A DNA stretch of 64,000 nucleotides from the NCBI RefSeq assembly GCF_036321535.1, contig NC_087436.1, forward strand, positions 73,348,001-73,412,000, in the 5' to 3' direction. Shown here piece by piece: positions 62,527-64,000 of the stretch. Both the position numbers and the translations under genes were made by a program. The notes beneath the pieces were generated by a model. The model saw only the letters and a program-made list of their open reading frames with translations. It was not told the DNA's origin and made no database searches. How positions within the stretch are numbered: the stretch's first letter is position 1; each line of letters opens with the position of its first letter. Origin of the DNA: Camelus dromedarius (taxonomy: Eukaryota).

Positions 62527-63329
62527 CTTGCTCTCCCCTTCTTTTTGGTTAGTGGGGCATAATCAGAAAAGGGCCAACCTTGGGCAAAGTTGAAGATGGA
62601 TCAGTGCTGTGTTTGAATCTCCCCCCATCCCTGGATCCCTCTTCACGACGGCTCACTCACCTCCCTCTGTTCACCAGCTGTTCAGCGCTCTGATTGCCCA
62701 AAACCAACCTGGCTCTGGCAGGGCTTTCTCTTCCCAAACGTTCAAACTTTTGTCATTCAAAACGGAACTGCTCTGGAATCCAGTCCCTGAAGGCCTTGCT
62801 AGGTGGTATATAAACCTCAGAAAAACTAAGACAAACGAAAGATGGAGTAATAGCTTCAGTGCATCTGTTACAGAAAGTGGACTATTCCTGGAGTGTTTCA
62901 CAATGAGGGCCTTTTTAAAAATAACTCCAGGTAAAATTGCATCATTCCTCACCCTGGAACATGCATGGAGTTGCCTACGTGGGAAGCAGCCCTAAAAAGC
63001 ATATGCCTTTGTGACTTCGGGTTAATAAATTTTTCTTTTAAAATACATTGATACCCAGCAAGCTTTTTGCCTCAGAGGGATAGTTTTCAGGCATTAATAT
63101 CTCAAAGGGAATTCGTTTATCACGTGTGTTCCTCTTAGCACACAGGTGGGACTGTCTGCTTTGGAAGCAATGGCAGTGTCTTGGGAGCACATGATCTTTT
63201 ATGTATCTACTACAAACTTTTATTCACGCTTAAATGCATCTTTTGCCTGTGGCAGAAATAGCCTAGGCAAGCCTAAAGTTCTAATTATGCTAAAAAGGCA
63301 GAACCTGAATCAAACCCAAATTGAAAGAC

Positions 63330-63688
63330 AGTTACAAAACAACTGCTCTGTAATCTTCAAAAAATGTAGCTATGGTAGACAAAGTTTGAAGGACATTAAA
63401 AAGACGTGGTAAATAAATGTCACATGATCCTGGAAGTGGGAAGGTAAGGGAGAAATGGCCAGAAAGGGTATTATTGGGACAACTGGCAGATTTTTATGTG
63501 AGCCATGTTTTAAGTAATCATTTTATATCCATGTTAAATTTTCTGAATTTGATGATTATGTAAAAGAACATCCTTATATAAAGATCTGAAGTATTTGAGG
63601 GTAAGGAGTATGATTTCTGCAGCTAAGTCTTGAATAATTCAGGGACAAAAGGGGTGTGTGTGTGTGTATGTGTGTGTATGTGTGTGTT

Positions 63689-63727
<39 letters not shown>

Positions 63728-63862
63728 AGGAGGGTGAGAGAGTAATAAAATGTGGCAAAATGTTTTTACAGTTGATGTATTTGGGTGAAAGGCATATAGG
63801 AGTTCTTTGTACCATTCCTGCAACTCTTTTTAGTTTGAAATTATTTCAAAATGAAAGTAAAA
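63330..63862 (+). mobile_element. Old L1MC-type 3' end containing a compound (TG)n(AG)n microsatellite at about 63654-63727
   Basis: ggagttctttgtaccattcctgcaact...gtttgaaattatttcaaaat terminus; TG and AG runs are visible. Confidence 0.75.
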
Positions 63863-64000
63863 AGGCATTAGTGGAAACAACACAGGATTTAGTGACAGGG
63901 GTTTAGTTGTGAGGGAGGAAGTGGCAGTCTGGGGCCTCCGGGGACAGATGAGGGAGGTGACAGAGTTAGATGAGACTGGAGGGTAGGGGTATAAAAAGAA

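Overview
Mammalian genomic DNA, AT-rich and repeat-rich. It is probably from a camelid, inferred from four copies of a short tRNA-derived SINE resembling Vic-1. It carries the RCHY1-THAP6-ODAPH block that I recall as syntenic with human 4q21.1. RCHY1 (Pirh2 E3 ligase, minus strand) has 9 coding exons and 261 aa. THAP6 (plus strand) has 4 coding exons and 222 aa. The two genes are head-to-head across a CpG-island bidirectional promoter at about 25.2-26.0 kb. ODAPH/C4orf26 (enamel phosphoprotein, plus strand) has 2 coding exons and 164 aa here. All three spliced reading frames reconstruct by hand with GT-AG introns and no disablements. The rest is L1, L2, MIR, MaLR/ERVL LTRs, hAT-Charlie elements and SINEs. 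I found no new multi-gene system. The most unusual observation is a SINE inserted in frame (99 nt) into the last coding exon of ODAPH. It supplies a new C-terminus and stop codon, and the apparent ancestral ending (KKPVPQEG*) survives intact behind it, all downstream of an RAKR furin-type site. Also notable are several fold-back or template-switch scars in old repeats, a tiny uORF abutting the THAP6 start, and a RUNX/AP-1/octamer-rich ODAPH promoter. Repeat family names and boundaries are by eye and from memory, not from a database search.
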